Shown: positions 48,691 to 62,008, counted from the first letter of the stretch. The stretch: 64,000 bases of DNA from Cetorhinus maximus (GCF_964194155.1 NC_135892.1:84940001-85004000); one strand, 5' to 3'. Made by a program: numbers and translations. Notes: a model not told the origin generated them from the letters alone.

Positions 48691-50889
48691 CTAATACATT
48701 CCACTGAGTCAGTTGTTTTTGGGATATGGTTCTCCCTGTCATCCCGAATAACCAATTGATTTTGCTTCCTGACCTCAGCTTGTCTGCTCAGTGAGTTGCC
48801 TTTGAGAAGGTTAAATTATCCCTCGACTACAAGTGGTCAGACGATACTTCACCCAAGACTCTGGCAACAATTCTGTCCTTGATTAATTCCTCTTTTAAGC
48901 TGCCATATTCACAAGTCTATATCGATTGTTGATAAATGTATCAATGTTTTCCCTTTGTTGTTGGTTACGCTTGTTAAATTTAGCTCGCTCGACAATGATA
49001 TTCTTTCACGGATTGAAGTAGGCATCAAGTGCTTTTATTGCTTCATCATATGTAGCTTTTTCTTTGTTGATCCCTTGCTTGCCTAGGACATCATCTGCAC
49101 AGCTGCCCATCACATATAATAGCATACTGACCAGCTCACTGCTTTCCTTCACAGTGAGGCCCAGTGGGGAGTGATACTTGGCAGGTCTTTGGTGGCAATT
49201 CAGCCATACTTCTGCTTGGTTGTGAACTGCGACCTGCTCGAAGCTTTCCAGTAATGGCAGAGACTTTTCCATCCTTGTTCTCTCACTCGCCTCCACCATG
49301 TAATACCCTTGGTCTCGTTGTGCTAATACAGAATGTTTACAGAGTCTCCTGAGGTAAGGAAAATGTTAACTTTACTGGAATATCTCTTACTATGTCTACA
49401 TCTTACCATGAGGTTCTACAAGAGAGAGCAAGATTATGTGACATTACATCACTTCCTGTGTGATTGTGCCACATTAGTATATCACATAGTTAGAATTAAC
49501 CCCTTATACTACAAAGTATTTTTTTCCTATAGAAACATTCCAATTAGAGCTTTTCTAAGAATTCTAAAACATTGACAGGAAATTTTGAACTCCTTTATCT
49601 CTCCAGCTAACTGTTGTATCCATGATCGGTCAGCCTGTTGAAATTAACCAATCAACAGCATTAAATAATGTGATTTGCTGGTGCATTAAAAACACTGACA
49701 CTGTACAAGAGACCCTTCATAATATATCAGCTTCAGTCTTTTATCTGGTTCTTTGGGGAGGGAGTGAAGGACAAAGAGGGGAAAGGAACTTTTAGTTATT
49801 AGCAAATCAAAGTACAATAGAATCTAGTTTCAAGCCCTTTGTGATTCTATATCTAATTATATCAATGACATTTGTTACCTCTCCTGCACAGCTAGTGGTA
49901 ACTCTGTCCACACAAAATAGTTATGCATGCTCCATCATATCATATTAGAACAGTAATCAATGAAAGAGAGCTCAACTGCTGCGTGAATATTGGACTCATC
50001 AATGAGTGAGCATCAAGGAAGGAAGTTAGCAGTGTTGTTTTCGGCAAGACTTACAGGCTTAAGTTTCCAAGCCAGTAAACTTAATATTTTATTTAAAAAT
50101 GCAAGGGTGACAGTTTTGGTGTGGGGTTGCAAAGTATCACACAGGTTACAGGTTCTCCTTTGCTCCATTCCCAACCTGTGCCACATTGAGTGACAAGGAG
50201 CTCCTCACATGGCTCAAGCAAGAAATGGAGAGAAAATATGCATTGCACTGCTCTCCACTGGTAGGCTACAGAGACCATTGGCATTGCTGAGAGCAGAGTG
50301 TGTGCCTGACCTCTCAGCCGCAGGGGTTAGGCCAAGCAGAAAAAGAGAAGGGTACAAAGATATTCAAACCCCTTAAAGCCCCTCCATGAGGTGTAACTAA
50401 CTATGTTACTTGCAATATTTTGAGGCTGTTTTACCAGCTATTCCTCACCTCCTGGGAATCAAAGATCACTCGTGAGTAAACCCTTGCTCCCTGTGATCCA
50501 GATTGTGAATGTAACATTTGGTAATATGATATTTCTCAGGAGTTGTTCCTATAATTAGCTCACTTCATTGAGAGGAGACCCCATGTGTTCTTCTAATCTT
50601 CAGATAGCAGAAGAATAAACAGACTAACAAGTCACATGATTCAGAAACTGGAAATCAAGAAGAAGTAATAGAAAATCAATATAGGTTTCAATTGATACAG
50701 GGTATAAAAATAACAAAGTAAGTGACACATCACTAATTCGTTTAGTGATACTGAAACTGATCAGGGTCCATAATATATCACTTATATGTGAGCTTACATC
50801 TGACCACCATGGAGCGTTCTTGGGTGGACCTGCAAATAGTCCCAACACAGTCTTGCAAGAAGAACTGAGAGGCGTATATAATTTTTAAC

Positions 50890-51472
50890 TGCAAGATTAC
50901 CAGCCCCTGGGGAACAGTCACTTTTTGGGGTTCTCATGCAGGCACATGTGTAATTGGCATGGAGATAGGTTCAACTAAGGGCAGCAGCAGGCTTTCAAAG
51001 CTGGAGGGCCAGTCAGAAGCCTTCCAGATTAGGAGGAGCAGCGGGCTGTAATGGCAGGTAAGTAATAGAGAGGGCACTTCAACATGGAGATGTCCTCTTG
51101 CCAACTGTTTTGAAACTTTAAATAAAAAAAGGTTCTTGCAGTTGGCCACTACTATGGAGGGTAATAATCCCTCTAGGGTGCTCTCACACCAAGGTTGGGA
51201 GGGCCTCTAGACCTGCCCAGCACTGGCCCCTCGGCCTGCTGCTGGGTGCTTGCCCTCGGCAGTTAAACTATTTCTTGCTGTTTTGGGAAACTGGAGGCCA
51301 ACTGGAAAATCCCAGTCTACGTCCTAATTGCACTTAAGGCCTTTAACAAGTCTAGTTGTCCACCTGCCTCATGGGGCTTGGTAGCCCTGCAGACACCCGA
51401 ACCAGCTTCCTCGAAACGGCCAGCACCAGAAACAGCATCAGGAAACCCTGGCAAAGCCCGAAAATTCAGCCC
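50890..51472. mobile_element. Harbinger MITE remnant
   Basis: Ends in AAAATTCAGCCC TIR; left boundary uncertain. Confidence 0.5.
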
Positions 51473-51489
51473 AAGGTGTCACCGGCAAA

Positions 51490-51965
51490 AATGTGATAAT
51501 GACCAGTTAATCCATTCTTAGATGTTCATTGAGGGATAAATATTGGCCAGGACTCTGGGGAAATGGGATCATTTAAATGTTTGTTTTGCCAAATTCACAT
51601 TTATTTCAGCATCAACTCGCAAATCTGCAACCTTGACCATTTAGAAGGATAAGGGCAGCAGGCGCATGTGAACACCACCAGCTCCAAGTTCCCCTCCAAG
51701 TAACATGCTGACTTGGAAATATATCACCTTTTGTTCATCATTGATGGATCAAAATCCTAGAACTCCCTCCCTAACCACACAACAAGTGGTTCAAGAAGGT
51801 GACTCACCACGGCCTTTGCAAGAGCAATTGGGAATGGGCTATGAATGTTGACCTTGCCAGTGACATCCATGTCCTGTGAGTGAATAAAAAAATGTGCACC
51901 TGAGAGGGCAGATGGGCCTCAGTTTAACACCTCATCAGAAAGAAGTCATCTCTGACAGCGCAGGA
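51490..51965. mobile_element. SacSINE1-like fragment (minus) split by a HER1 3' end (plus, ~51610-51893)
   Basis: AATGTGATAATGACCAG...GGATAAATATTGGCCAGGAC, then the HER1 tail with poly(A), then CACCTGAGAGGGCAGATGGGCCTCAGTTTAAC. Confidence 0.75.
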
Positions 51966-53075
51966 CCTCACCACTGTCATCTCTTCAACGTCCTCCTCAT
52001 CAGGGGAGACGTGCAGGTCTTCCACCTTCTCCTCAGCCAGGTCCTCCCCCCATTGCAGTGCCAGGTTGTGAAGTGCGCATCAAGCAATGATGATGCACGA
52101 CACCCTCGTGTGTTGTATTGCAGTGCTCCTCAGGACCTATTGAGGTACTGAAGCCTCATTTTCAAAATGCCTATCGTTTGCTCCACCAAAGTCTGGGTCA
52201 CAGCAAGAGCCTCATTGTACCGTGGCTCTAATGAAGTTTGAGGCCACCACACAGGTGTCATCAGCCACATCCTCTCTGGGTAGCTCTTGTCCCTGAAGAG
52301 CCAACCCTGCAGACTCTCTGGACCCTGGAAGATGTCAGGGATCTGAGACCTGCTAAGAATGTTGGAGTTGTGAACCATGTGCAGACCTGTAGAATGCGTT
52401 TGTGGTGGTCGCACACTAGCTGAATATTCAGCGAGTGAAAGCCCTGGTGGTTGACATAGTCGACTGCTTGTTGCCACAACAATCAAAGTGCCACATGAGT
52501 CCACTGGATGACACCCTGCAACTGAGATCTGCGCAAATCCCAGCGCTCTTGCTTCCTGGTTTTCCTGTTCCCGGGCGAAATGCACAAAGCTCTGTGCATT
52601 CGCGAAGACAGTGTCCGTGACCTCCTGGGTACACTTGTGCATGAAGGCTTGCGAGATCCCACACAGGTCACCTGTGGAGCCCTGGAAGGAGCCACTAGCA
52701 TAAAAATTGAGCCCCACGGTCACTTTCATGGCCACTGGCAGTGGATGCCCGCCATGTCCCTGTGATGCCAAATCCTGCAGCAGGTGGCATATGTGACTGA
52801 CCATTTCCCTCAACATGAGCAGTTTTCGGAGACCCTGGTTCTCGGTCATCTGCAGGAATGACAGGCTCAGTCTATAGACCCTGGGTCTAGCAATGCGCCT
52901 ACGAGTGATGGCTCTCTGTGGATCTTCAGCTGCCTGCTCAACAGGCCCTGTCACCCCTTCAGCTTGAAGGCTGGTGCTCCTCCCTTTGCCAAGCCTGGCG
53001 CCTCCACCGCTCTCTCCTCCTTCTTTTGGGCTCTTTGTAAGCCATGAGGCATGCCGCTAAATCACCAAGCTCCAT
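51966..53075 (-). pseudogene. Harbinger DDE transposase (HARBI1-like), second copy
   Basis: ORF 52130-52954: GGHPLPVAMKVTVGLNFYASGSFQ..GDLCGISQ...WLFRDKSYP..WLMTP...YNEAL..T..LVEQTIGILKMR. Confidence 0.9.
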
Positions 53076-54292
53076 ATTCGTGATGTTCTCCTCCTGCAGG
53101 ATCAAAGAGAGAGACACCTGGGTTAGCATGGGTGTGCTAAAATCTCTCTCAGTGAAGTCCGAAGGCCCATTTCATGCATGTAGGATGTGCTGGCCACCAC
53201 TTGGATGGCCAGTGTGTAGTGCGCTCATTGGCTGTCCGAAACCCCACCCACCTCTGCCCCACTCCACTTAATCGATTGGCGGCAGCTTCGGCCATTGGAC
53301 TGCATGTTGTGCTCACAGCTCAGGAGCAAGTGCTCTCCTAACCCCCACTGCAAGGCTGCGCTGTTACCTTGAACCATGAAGGATCCTGGTCCAAATCTTA
53401 ATAAAGACATTGCAAGGGGCTGTGAGCGCCTCTGCCAGTGACTGTGCCATGGCCACCTTTCACAAGGGGATTCTACAACTTGCCCAGTCGGCCAATTGTT
53501 CTGCTGCCCCCTAAAACGCACATTAATTTTCAGTCTGCGTCTGAGGGGTGAAAAGTTCTGGAACATTTGGTGGCACTTTCATGCTTTTGGGTTGCTTGAG
53601 TGGGCAGAAAAGCTCCAGAGGCCCGATTCCAAGCATACCAATGGAGCTGCTGCTGAGTGGTCTCAACTGCGGAAAAATGCTCACTTTCGACAGGCTTTTC
53701 CAAGTGCGTTGCTACTTCTTTCACCCCCCCACCAGCCCACCCCACTTCCCGCACACCTTTCCCCTTACCACCCCAGTTTGTGCTTGAGTATTTCCACCTC
53801 GCCGCGGTCTGACCCAGCTCCTTGCCCTGGCATCGCACTGAATGCCAGCCGGGAAAAAGCGACTTGCCTGTGCGAATGACTGACGCTGCCTCCTTGATGT
53901 CCCATGGGCGATGCTCGCCAGTGCTTTGCAAGGTTGAGTGCACTCGCTTCCGGGGTCCCCTCGAAGTTCAGGCTGCCAGGTGCACATCTTTTACAGGCGG
54001 TCGTGAAACACGTCGTTCTGAAGTCACGCCAAATTTGGCGATAAATTTGCCGTGGGGGGCATGATTCCGGTGAGCAGGGCTTATAATGAGATGCAAACGT
54101 ATTAGAATGACGTTCCCGACGTATGGCAGCAGGAAATGTGGCCCACCATTGTCAGTTGGAGCGGATGATCGCAAACTGGCTTCACAACGGCGTAAAAGCG
54201 ATTTTTGGCCTTCTCGTCATATTGTGTTCCCCACCCCCCCAACCCTGCCCCACCACCCGCCATGACGCCAATGGGACCGGAAAATTCCAGCC
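51966..54292 (-). mobile_element. Harbinger element, truncated (transposase side only)
   Basis: Collinear with 29960-32321; right TIR GGAAAATTCCAGCC followed by TAA. Confidence 0.92.
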
Positions 54293-54299
54293 TAAGTGA

Positions 54300-55260
54300 T
54301 TAACCTAACATGGCTCATCCATCCAGAAAGACCCCATGGATTTCTGTTCCAGCTGTTCTTTTGCCAATAATTCTTGGATTTTCATTTTAACTACCCTGCC
54401 CACTGGCTCATTTCACGTGTTGATTGATCAAGGTGTGAAAAGGATTCCCCCTAACATCAGTCTTACATTTGCCTTCGACTAACTTGAACATGTGCTTTAC
54501 CCTAATGCTGCAATTTAGTTTGAGTAGTGTTCCAAATTCATATTTTCTACACTGTTCAGTATCTCTTGTGTATGTTTTCAGTTGCTACCTTTCTCTAGCT
54601 CTTCCTTATAATTCAGACCTTTTCTGCCGTTTGATTAGTCTTGTGTATCTTTGGATTGCTGCCAGTTTTTGAAGTCTTGTGATTAGAATGAATACAGCTC
54701 CCGAAATGGTGGTCTGTTCAATTGGCTTCCTCCAAATTGTGCTCTGTTGTTTTGTTGTATAACTCAGCATTTTAATTTGCTTCATTGATGACTGCTATGC
54801 AGTGATTGGATCTGTTGAGCATTGAGGCAACTAATTCCTCTTGATCGCTTTAAATTTTATCCTTTGCTATTTTGACTACATTCTTCGTGTACTTAAGTTG
54901 GTCATTTTGTTCTTATGTAAGTGCTTTGCGCTTGTTTGAATGAAATTCACATTGAGTTGAAAGTGTGTGCAGAACAGAGCAGCAGGACAAATGGGCAGGG
55001 TGGGAAGTTCTTTAAATAAGAGGTTTACAAAACTGCACATCGCATGAGAAATAAAGCTAGTGGGTTAGGAGCACAAATTCAGCTTAAAGGGTATGATGTC
55101 GTAACCATTACAGAGATCTTACTGCAAGCTGGGCATGATTGAGGCATATTCCAGGCTGTGGAATCTTTGGAAAGGATAGAGGGATTGACATAGGAGGAGA
55201 AATACCAATATTGATTTAAAAAAAGACATAATTACAGCAGTAGAAAGAAGAGTTTTCAGT
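54300..55260. mobile_element. Very old CR1 fragments (RT minus ~54300-54950; endonuclease plus ~55030-55250)
   Basis: Relic 'MRNK..L.AQI...GYDVVTITE' and 'GKDRG...GG' endonuclease motifs; degenerate CR1 3' region on the minus strand. Confidence 0.45.
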
Positions 55261-56189
55261 AAGGGTAATCAGTGCGGGCAACTCATGCTCTGCAGTGTCT
55301 CACCAGTCGCAGATCCCGTCTCTAAGCTATCTCTAAAATATGCACAGTGTCAGTGCCTGAGCTGGTGTGAGAGTGAGTGGCTGTGTTTCTTCTTCATCAC
55401 TGACTCCCTGTTCTTCCACCTCTTGATCTCACACTGCTGAATAACTGGCAATGTGTGGAAGCTGTGAGATAACCACATGAGACTTGCAACAGTGCTAAGT
55501 TTGTGAGGGTGCAGTGATGCTATGAATTTTAAGTATGATTTGTGATTAATAGAGATTATTTGTAGGTGAATGATGGTGGTGTGGCATTGAGCTGTGTGTA
55601 AGGCGAGTGGTATGGTTTGTTAGCTCTGAGTGGTCAAGGTTGATGTCACCCCTCATGGACAGAGTCCCTATGAACTGTTTCAAAATGCAATTTTTAACTG
55701 TTATAAAATTCCAAAAAAGGCCTAACATTCTCCATGTTTGATAAGCATCACCCAGGTGTTTCTTTCACATTATTTCAAGGTTCCTCACTCCCCTGACTAT
55801 AATGATAACCGTGAAATCAGAAGAAGTTACAACATTCCCTTAACGAGATTCATCCTGCCAGTGTTTGATAATCATAGTATTTGTACCATTGGAATGTCTG
55901 CAATAAGAACAGATTCTGCATACCTGACTTCTTATAATCACAGGTTTTTGGCCACTTTATTGCCAATACCCTGTCTTAGGAATGGAATATATACATTCCA
56001 GTTTTTACTTTCTTAACCCATGTGTTCCCACAAAGATCAAGCTGGCAAATTCAACAGTGGCCAATTCGACTTATTATGTCAAGCCTTACGTACATTCTCA
56101 CAGCATAACAGGCATAGCTGTAGTCCTGATATGCAGCTGAAAATCAACCAGCTACATCACCAATTCAGTCATTTCGGTCCATATTCATT

Positions 56190-56527
56190 TGCCCTATCTC
56201 TGTTATATGCTCCAGCCCCACAACCCCGACAGATAGCTGTGCTGCTTTGATTCTGGCCTCTTGAGCATCCCTGATTTTAATTGCTCCACTATTGTTAGCC
56301 GTGCGTTCAGCTGCACAGACCCTAAGCTCTGGAATTCCCCCCTTGCCTCTCTCTGCCTCTCTATCTCACTTTCATTCTTTAAGCTGCTTAAAACCTACCT
56401 CTTTGGTCATCTGACCATAATATCTCCTTATGTGGCTCGGTATGATATTTTGTTCTGCATTGTTCCTGTGAAGAACCTCGGGATTTCTTTTTACGTTAAA
56501 GGTCCTGTATAAATATAAATTGTTGCT
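56190..56527 (+). mobile_element. L2 LINE 3' end
   Basis: RAFSC..PKLWNS, FKLLKTYLF; tail ATATAAATTGTTG. Confidence 0.8.
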
Positions 56528-57443
56528 GGATGTTCCTACCACTGTCCTGCCCACTTAGCTATTTGGCCAAGCTCGTTTTCTAGCTCCTGGGATGATTCCT
56601 CAGGTTCAGCTGCCCTTACTAGTTTGGTATCTGCATTTGACCGCTTTGCATTGAATTCTGAGCCCAAGTCATTAATTTGATGCCTGTCACCAGCATTAAT
56701 AATTCTCATGGATGTTTTGATTGCACATGGACTCAGTTATTCAATGTGTTTACCAAAAGTCTCATTTGAGTTAAATTTAGTTTATTTGGGTTAAAAGGTG
56801 ACCTTCAAAATAATTACTATAACCTTGATATCTTTTCACCTTTTCACTGTTAACAGGAGAAATTATGATACTTGGCACCAAATGAGAAGTTGTTAATGAG
56901 AATTTACGACCTGTTTTTACATTTTTTGGAGAACTGCTGACTTCCTATTTATTCCTTATGAATTTCACTTGCATTCTCTAAAATAGCTATGCTTGGCTCT
57001 TGGAAGGTTTCTGAATCAAAGATAACACGCTGAAGCATGAAGGAAAATCATTTAGCTGTTCATGTTACCTTGGGGAGTTTCCCTCATCCCCAATATGTTT
57101 CTGGCCACAATCCAGAGAATAATCATGAGAACCACATTTCAGGCGAGGAGCAGACACGAGCTGTTAACAGTTATAGTCAGCATGTATTTTTATAGCCGTT
57201 CAAAATCTACGGTACATTCAGAGAGCTGTAGTTGGGCCTACTTGCATAACCGGCACAAAATTAGAATCTTTCTCTCACAAATATCAGGAAAATAATGATA
57301 ATTAGAACCGACAAAGCAAGCATTCATCAATGTGCTTAGCTTCCGGTAATCAGTGTCAGGCTGCAATCACAAGTTCTTGGAAGAGGAGGTCAAAAGGTAA
57401 AACTGCAAGAGAAATTTGGCCTCAATCTGTTAACCACATGCTT

Positions 57444-57501
57444 TATATATATGTATATATATGCATTTATATATGTGTGTGTATATATATATATATATAT
57501 G
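57444..57501. repeat. (TA)n/(TG)n microsatellite
   Basis: Directly visible. Confidence 0.9.
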
Positions 57502-58416
57502 TTACTGGCCATCTAGCATTTTTAATTTCTTTCCCCCCCATTTGTCCTTCTTTCCTAACATAGTGACAAGTGGGCTCTTTAACACTCTTGTCCTAGACCC
57601 AAGTGCGTATATCGGAGTGTCAGTTCACTGTTTTACCAGGGAACTAGAACACCTGCCTGATCCTGGCCTAACTTGATGATGTGGATTTACTAATAATCAT
57701 TTTAATAACAAAAAGCTTGGTCCCAGACGGATGCTTTTTAAAAGGGAAACAGGAGCGAGAGAAAAGTATATGCTGAGCTCCAAAGGGTAAGAGTCAGGCA
57801 GCTGATGCCCATCACCATTACTGAGGTGGAGGAAGAAGAGATGCTTAAAAGGTTGGAGTCAGAAGAATGGTGTGTTTTGGGGGTGTGGGGGATATAGAGC
57901 TAAAGGACATTGTGGAGTTAGGGTAAGGCAACATCAAAGAGGAAGGAATTATGGAAGTTATTTTTTTGACATAATATACCTGTAACCATGGCTTTTTGAG
58001 GTATATTTAACTCCATATATAAAGTTTATTTTATTAACCTTACCTGCCATTATATTGCAATAGCAGTTTAACCCTTTATGTTCTTATGAAAGTGATAAAT
58101 AATGCTGGCTGGCTGGGCCCTTAAATCAAATGGAAAGTATTCATGTTATTCAACTCCAGCATTCCAAATGCTTTCTTCAATCATTTGATAATTGCAAATT
58201 TCAATTTTAAAGAATATAAATTATACATGCTGCAGCATAAGGGTCTGGTATATACAGGGTTAATGTGGGACTGAATACAGTACAGCCCACATGCTGATGT
58301 AAGAAGACACATGACCCAGACCTAGTTGAACAGAGACATGCTAAAATCTAAACACGGAGATAGCTCCTTGCCTGTACCTTTTACTGTATGTATGTATTTA
58401 GTTACAAGTAATTAAT

Positions 58417-59044
58417 GGGCAGAATATTGAGCTCGGCAGGTGGGCGCATGCCCGACCCAGCCGAGCGTAAAATGACGCGCGATGACATTGGGCATAATCC
58501 TGCGATATTTCGTTCAGTAGACGCACACTGGAGTCAGCAGTGCTCCCGCCAACAATTAAAAGGCCTATTAAGGCCATTGGAAAGATAATTACATTCAAAT
58601 TTACGCTGCCCGTCCAACCTTATGGTTGGCGGGCAGGCAAAAAGGTTAAGCGGCCTTTGCGCTTTTTAAGGAAACCTCATCCACAGGTGGGATGAGGTTT
58701 CCTAAAGCAAATAAAAATAAAATAAAAACTTTATACTTGAATTAAAAACGTGTCCCTGCTCATGTGACAGTTTTATGACATTTTTATTTTGTTCATTAGT
58801 TTTTTTAAACAGTGCTTCATCTCCCTGGCGCAGCTCCGTGCCTCAGGGAGATTAAAGCGCTCTTTCGGGTGCATACACGAAGTTCGCGCTAGGTCCGCTT
58901 GCACTCCCCTCCCCGCCCGCACAGGCAGCGCTGACCACTGCTGCTCAGCTTCCACGCTGGGTGGGCCTTAATTGGCCTGCCCGTGTAAAATCACGGTGCG
59001 GGAAGCCCCTGTTGAGCACCCCCGCCAAGGGCAAAATTCTGCCC
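58417..59044. mobile_element. Harbinger MITE (~630-bp family)
   Basis: TIRs GGGCAGAATATT / AAAATTCTGCCC; AAT TSD on both sides. Confidence 0.9.
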
Positions 59045-59160
59045 AATAAAGACTTGCTGTTAACTTAAACAAGACTACGAAGGTTTCCTTAACAGACATG
59101 TTCTATAATCAACACCATTACGACAGATGCTAACAATTCCCATAATTGAATAAAACTCAC

Positions 59161-59196
59161 TGGTTTCCTTTGGCGTTCATCTTCGATCACAAAACT
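59161..59196 (-). CDS. Candidate 36-nt frame-preserving microexon (SFVIEDERQRKP)
   Basis: Acceptor CAATTTTCCGTCAG|, donor CCA|GTGAGT; only phase 0 is open; no partner exons identified. Confidence 0.25.
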
Positions 59197-59619
59197 CTGA
59201 CGGAAAATTGAATTCAAATGGATGCTATAGCTCAACTTGCACAATATACAGATAGATTGAATCTCTCTGTGTGTTCATAGATTAGTGTGGAGAGTTGGTA
59301 GTACTGAGACTATAGTGGCACACGTTAAAATCAACTGTGGATTTTCACGCTTGCCAGTCTCCTTACTTGCCCACGCCAGGTGGAAGGAGTGGACCATTCC
59401 ACTGGTTCCGGAATGGTTTTTATTTGTGATCACAGGAGTAGAAAAGTAGTCATTTATACAGACACAATGGCCTCGATATTAACCGCCAAACCCCCAACCC
59501 TCCCCTCATGCCCCCCACCACCACCATGAGCGGTGGAAGGAGGTTGGAGGGGGGCAGCGATAAACCCTGTAAAATATGAAATGCAACTTCAATCCATCAC
59601 ATATACACCCAGAGTCATA

Positions 59620-60060
59620 GGGTGGAATTTAATGCCCTCCCCCAACAACGGGTTTGAAGTTAGGGGGGGTATTTAATAAGGCAGGAAGGTGTTGTGTGGG
59701 CACCCCGCTGCCTTCCTGCCTCCACCCAATCAAGGCTTTGGATGGCCTTCCCTTCCGGATGAAAATTGAGGCCTTCAAGTGGGCAATTAATGCCCACTTT
59801 AGGGCCTCATCCTGCCACCACTGATAAACAACCAGCATCAGGCGGGTGATTTGCCAGGCGAGAAGTCCAAAAGACAATCGCGGGCTCCCAGTAGGAAGCC
59901 TGATCGAGGGACCTGGCATTGGGAAGGAGAGTTCCACTGACAGCCACTCCCCTGCCTTTGCAGTGTCCCTCCAATTTCCTTTTGAAATCAGTGATTGTGA
60001 AAAGGGGCCGATGAGTCACTCGGGGGCTGCCAAGTTCCACTTCTGCTCCTTCCAGTGATA
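59620..60060. mobile_element. Harbinger MITE, left part
   Basis: Starts GGGTGGAATTTAATG; TTAATGCCCACTT interior motif; right end lost. Confidence 0.6.
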
Positions 60061-60069
60061 AGCAACCCT

Positions 60070-60165
60070 ACCAGGTTACAGTCAGATCAGCCATGACCAT
60101 ATTGAATGGCAGAGCAGGCTTGAATGGCTGAATGGCCTACTCCTGCTCCTAGTTCGTATGTGAGC
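60070..60165 (+). mobile_element. CR1 3' end fragment
   Basis: CAGATCAGCCATGACCATATTGAATGGCAGAGCAGGCTTG..GGCTGAATGGCCTACTCCTGCTCCT. Confidence 0.8.
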
Positions 60166-60169
60166 AGGA

Positions 60170-60510
60170 CATCTTCAGCATTTTGATGAGGCCTATGCGT
60201 TTTGCAATGTGGTGCTGACTCGCCTTCAAGACCATTGGACCTAAGGTTGGCCTCATCCACCCAATCCACCAGAATCAGTCTTCAAATGCAGGATAGACAG
60301 ATCTTTAAGTCACCGCGGGTAAGAGACCCAACAGCTCCCCTCACCTGATTTGGCCCGCCTATCGAAGCAGTTTACTGGCTGCGGCCGATGTTGCATGCCA
60401 ACAACTACTTGGAGCCACAGGTGAAAGCTGAGAGAAGGTGAGGACCAATACAGGATGAGCCACTTCAAATAGTGCAGCGAACCTACCTGTGAGAGGCGCT
60501 ACCCATCCCT
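60170..60510 (-). mobile_element. RTE 5'-UTR-derived fragment/SINE
   Basis: Revcomp contains CAGCTTTCACCTGTGGCTCCAAG..GCATG, resembling RTE/BovB 5' UTR as recalled. Confidence 0.45.
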
Positions 60511-60544
60511 TACACCCCTTACACCCTCCCCCAAGTTACTTATT

Positions 60545-60800
60545 GTATCACAAAAGAAAAACCCTTGAGGAACACCACTGTCTACCATCCTCCAGTCTGA
60601 AAAATAACCATTTACCACAACTTGCTGCTTTTTTGTTACCCAATTGGGCACTGACCCTGCTATTCCATGAGCCTCAATTTTGTTCACCAGCCTTTTACGT
60701 GGTACTTTGTCAAACACTTTCTTAAAATCCATATAGACAACATTCATCGCGTGCCCTTCGTCAACCTCCTCTGTTACTTCATCAAAAAACTCGCCATTCA
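60545..60800 (-). mobile_element. CR1 RT fragment
   Basis: VVYMDFKKVFDKVP..RL..KIEAHGI..VVVNGYFSDWRMVDSGVPQG. Confidence 0.85.
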
Positions 60801-61433
60801 CCTGCCATCATTTTTACACCAGTGTGCAGTGAAGCTCACGAGTGCCCTGTCTTGGAGAGGCAGGCACTTCATTGACGTATTTAAGTTAGGCTCCCACTCT
60901 GCAATTGGGAGGCCGATTTAAATTTAATTGCTGCCGGTTGGGTTTCCTCAGGCTTGAGGAACCTGGCAGTGAATTGGAGGCGGGAGCTGCTAGCTGCTGA
61001 GTTGTGGGCTGGGAGGAATAGGCCCCGCATGGAAACCTTTGACCTCCCTTCTGATTATTGCCTCTCCCGAGCCACTGCTGCACTCAGCGATCTCTGTAGC
61101 TTGATCCCCTCTGATTGCCAGGGACCATCCCTGACTGCAGCTTGTAGCTCCTGGTTTTCCTGCACGACAATCGGCCAACCTGCCAGGTTGGCTGGCTGCT
61201 GGGTAAGTAACGGAAGAAAAGGATTATAATGAGTTGCTGCTATTAATCTCAGTAAGACCTCTGTATCCTCAGCCTTGCTGGTTTTCCCCTGCACCTCCCA
61301 TATGGGAATCAATATTTCAGTTGATATAATCAATCTAACAGAGTTCTGATCGAGTTCTGATCAAGTGCTTCAGCGTTCCTTGTACTTGTCTGGTCAGCTT
61401 CATTGCTGAGAAGACCTTTGGAAAGGAAATCAC

Positions 61434-62008
61434 GGGCAGGATTTTACGTTGGGGATGCGGGGGCGGGCCCGACACGCCGACGTGTAAAATTACGCGCGAT
61501 GATGTCGGGCGAGCGCCCCGATGTCATCACGCAGTCCCACAATATTTCGTTTGGCGGGTGTGCGCTGGAGTCGGCTGCGTGCCCGCCGAAATGTAAAGGG
61601 TCTATTAAGACCATTAAGAAAGTAATTGTTGTCATTGTGAACACTGTTCACAATTATTGCGATTGTGACACAGTCACATGAGGGGACACGTTTAAATTAA
61701 TTTTTAAACCTTTTATTTAATAATTTTAATATCGATTCAATCTCCCTGAGACAGCTCTGTGCCTCAGGGAGATTGAAACACTCTTTCGCGCACATGTGTG
61801 AACTGTGCGCCAGGCCTGCTCTCCCTCCTTCCCCCACCCTCACAGGTAGCGCTGGGCGCTATTGGTAGTGGCGTCATATGCTGGGCGGGCCTTAATTGGC
61901 CCGCCTGCATAAAATGGTGGCGCAGAGCTGATCGCGGGCGGCGATTGGCTCCTCGCCTGCCCCCGCCCGCTACTGCCGAGCCCGCCCGCCATACGGAAAA
62001 TTCTGCCC
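61434..62008. mobile_element. Harbinger MITE (same family as 58417)
   Basis: TIRs GGGCAGGATTTT / AAAATTCTGCCC; TSD CAC/CAT. Confidence 0.88.

Larger units (their letters stand above)
43761..49513 (-). mobile_element. Gypsy LTR retrotransposon with two LTRs, disrupted by CR1 insertions
   Basis: LTRs at 43761-44009 and 49299-49513; PBS TGGTGGAGGCGA adjacent to the 5' LTR; PPT at 44010-44024; gag (LLYVMGSCADD..YDEAIKALDAYFNP), protease (TGAAV) and RT (VQKPNGSIRIHVDLIQLNKAV; VKHLGHIVDASGVRVDPQK) relics. Confidence 0.9.
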
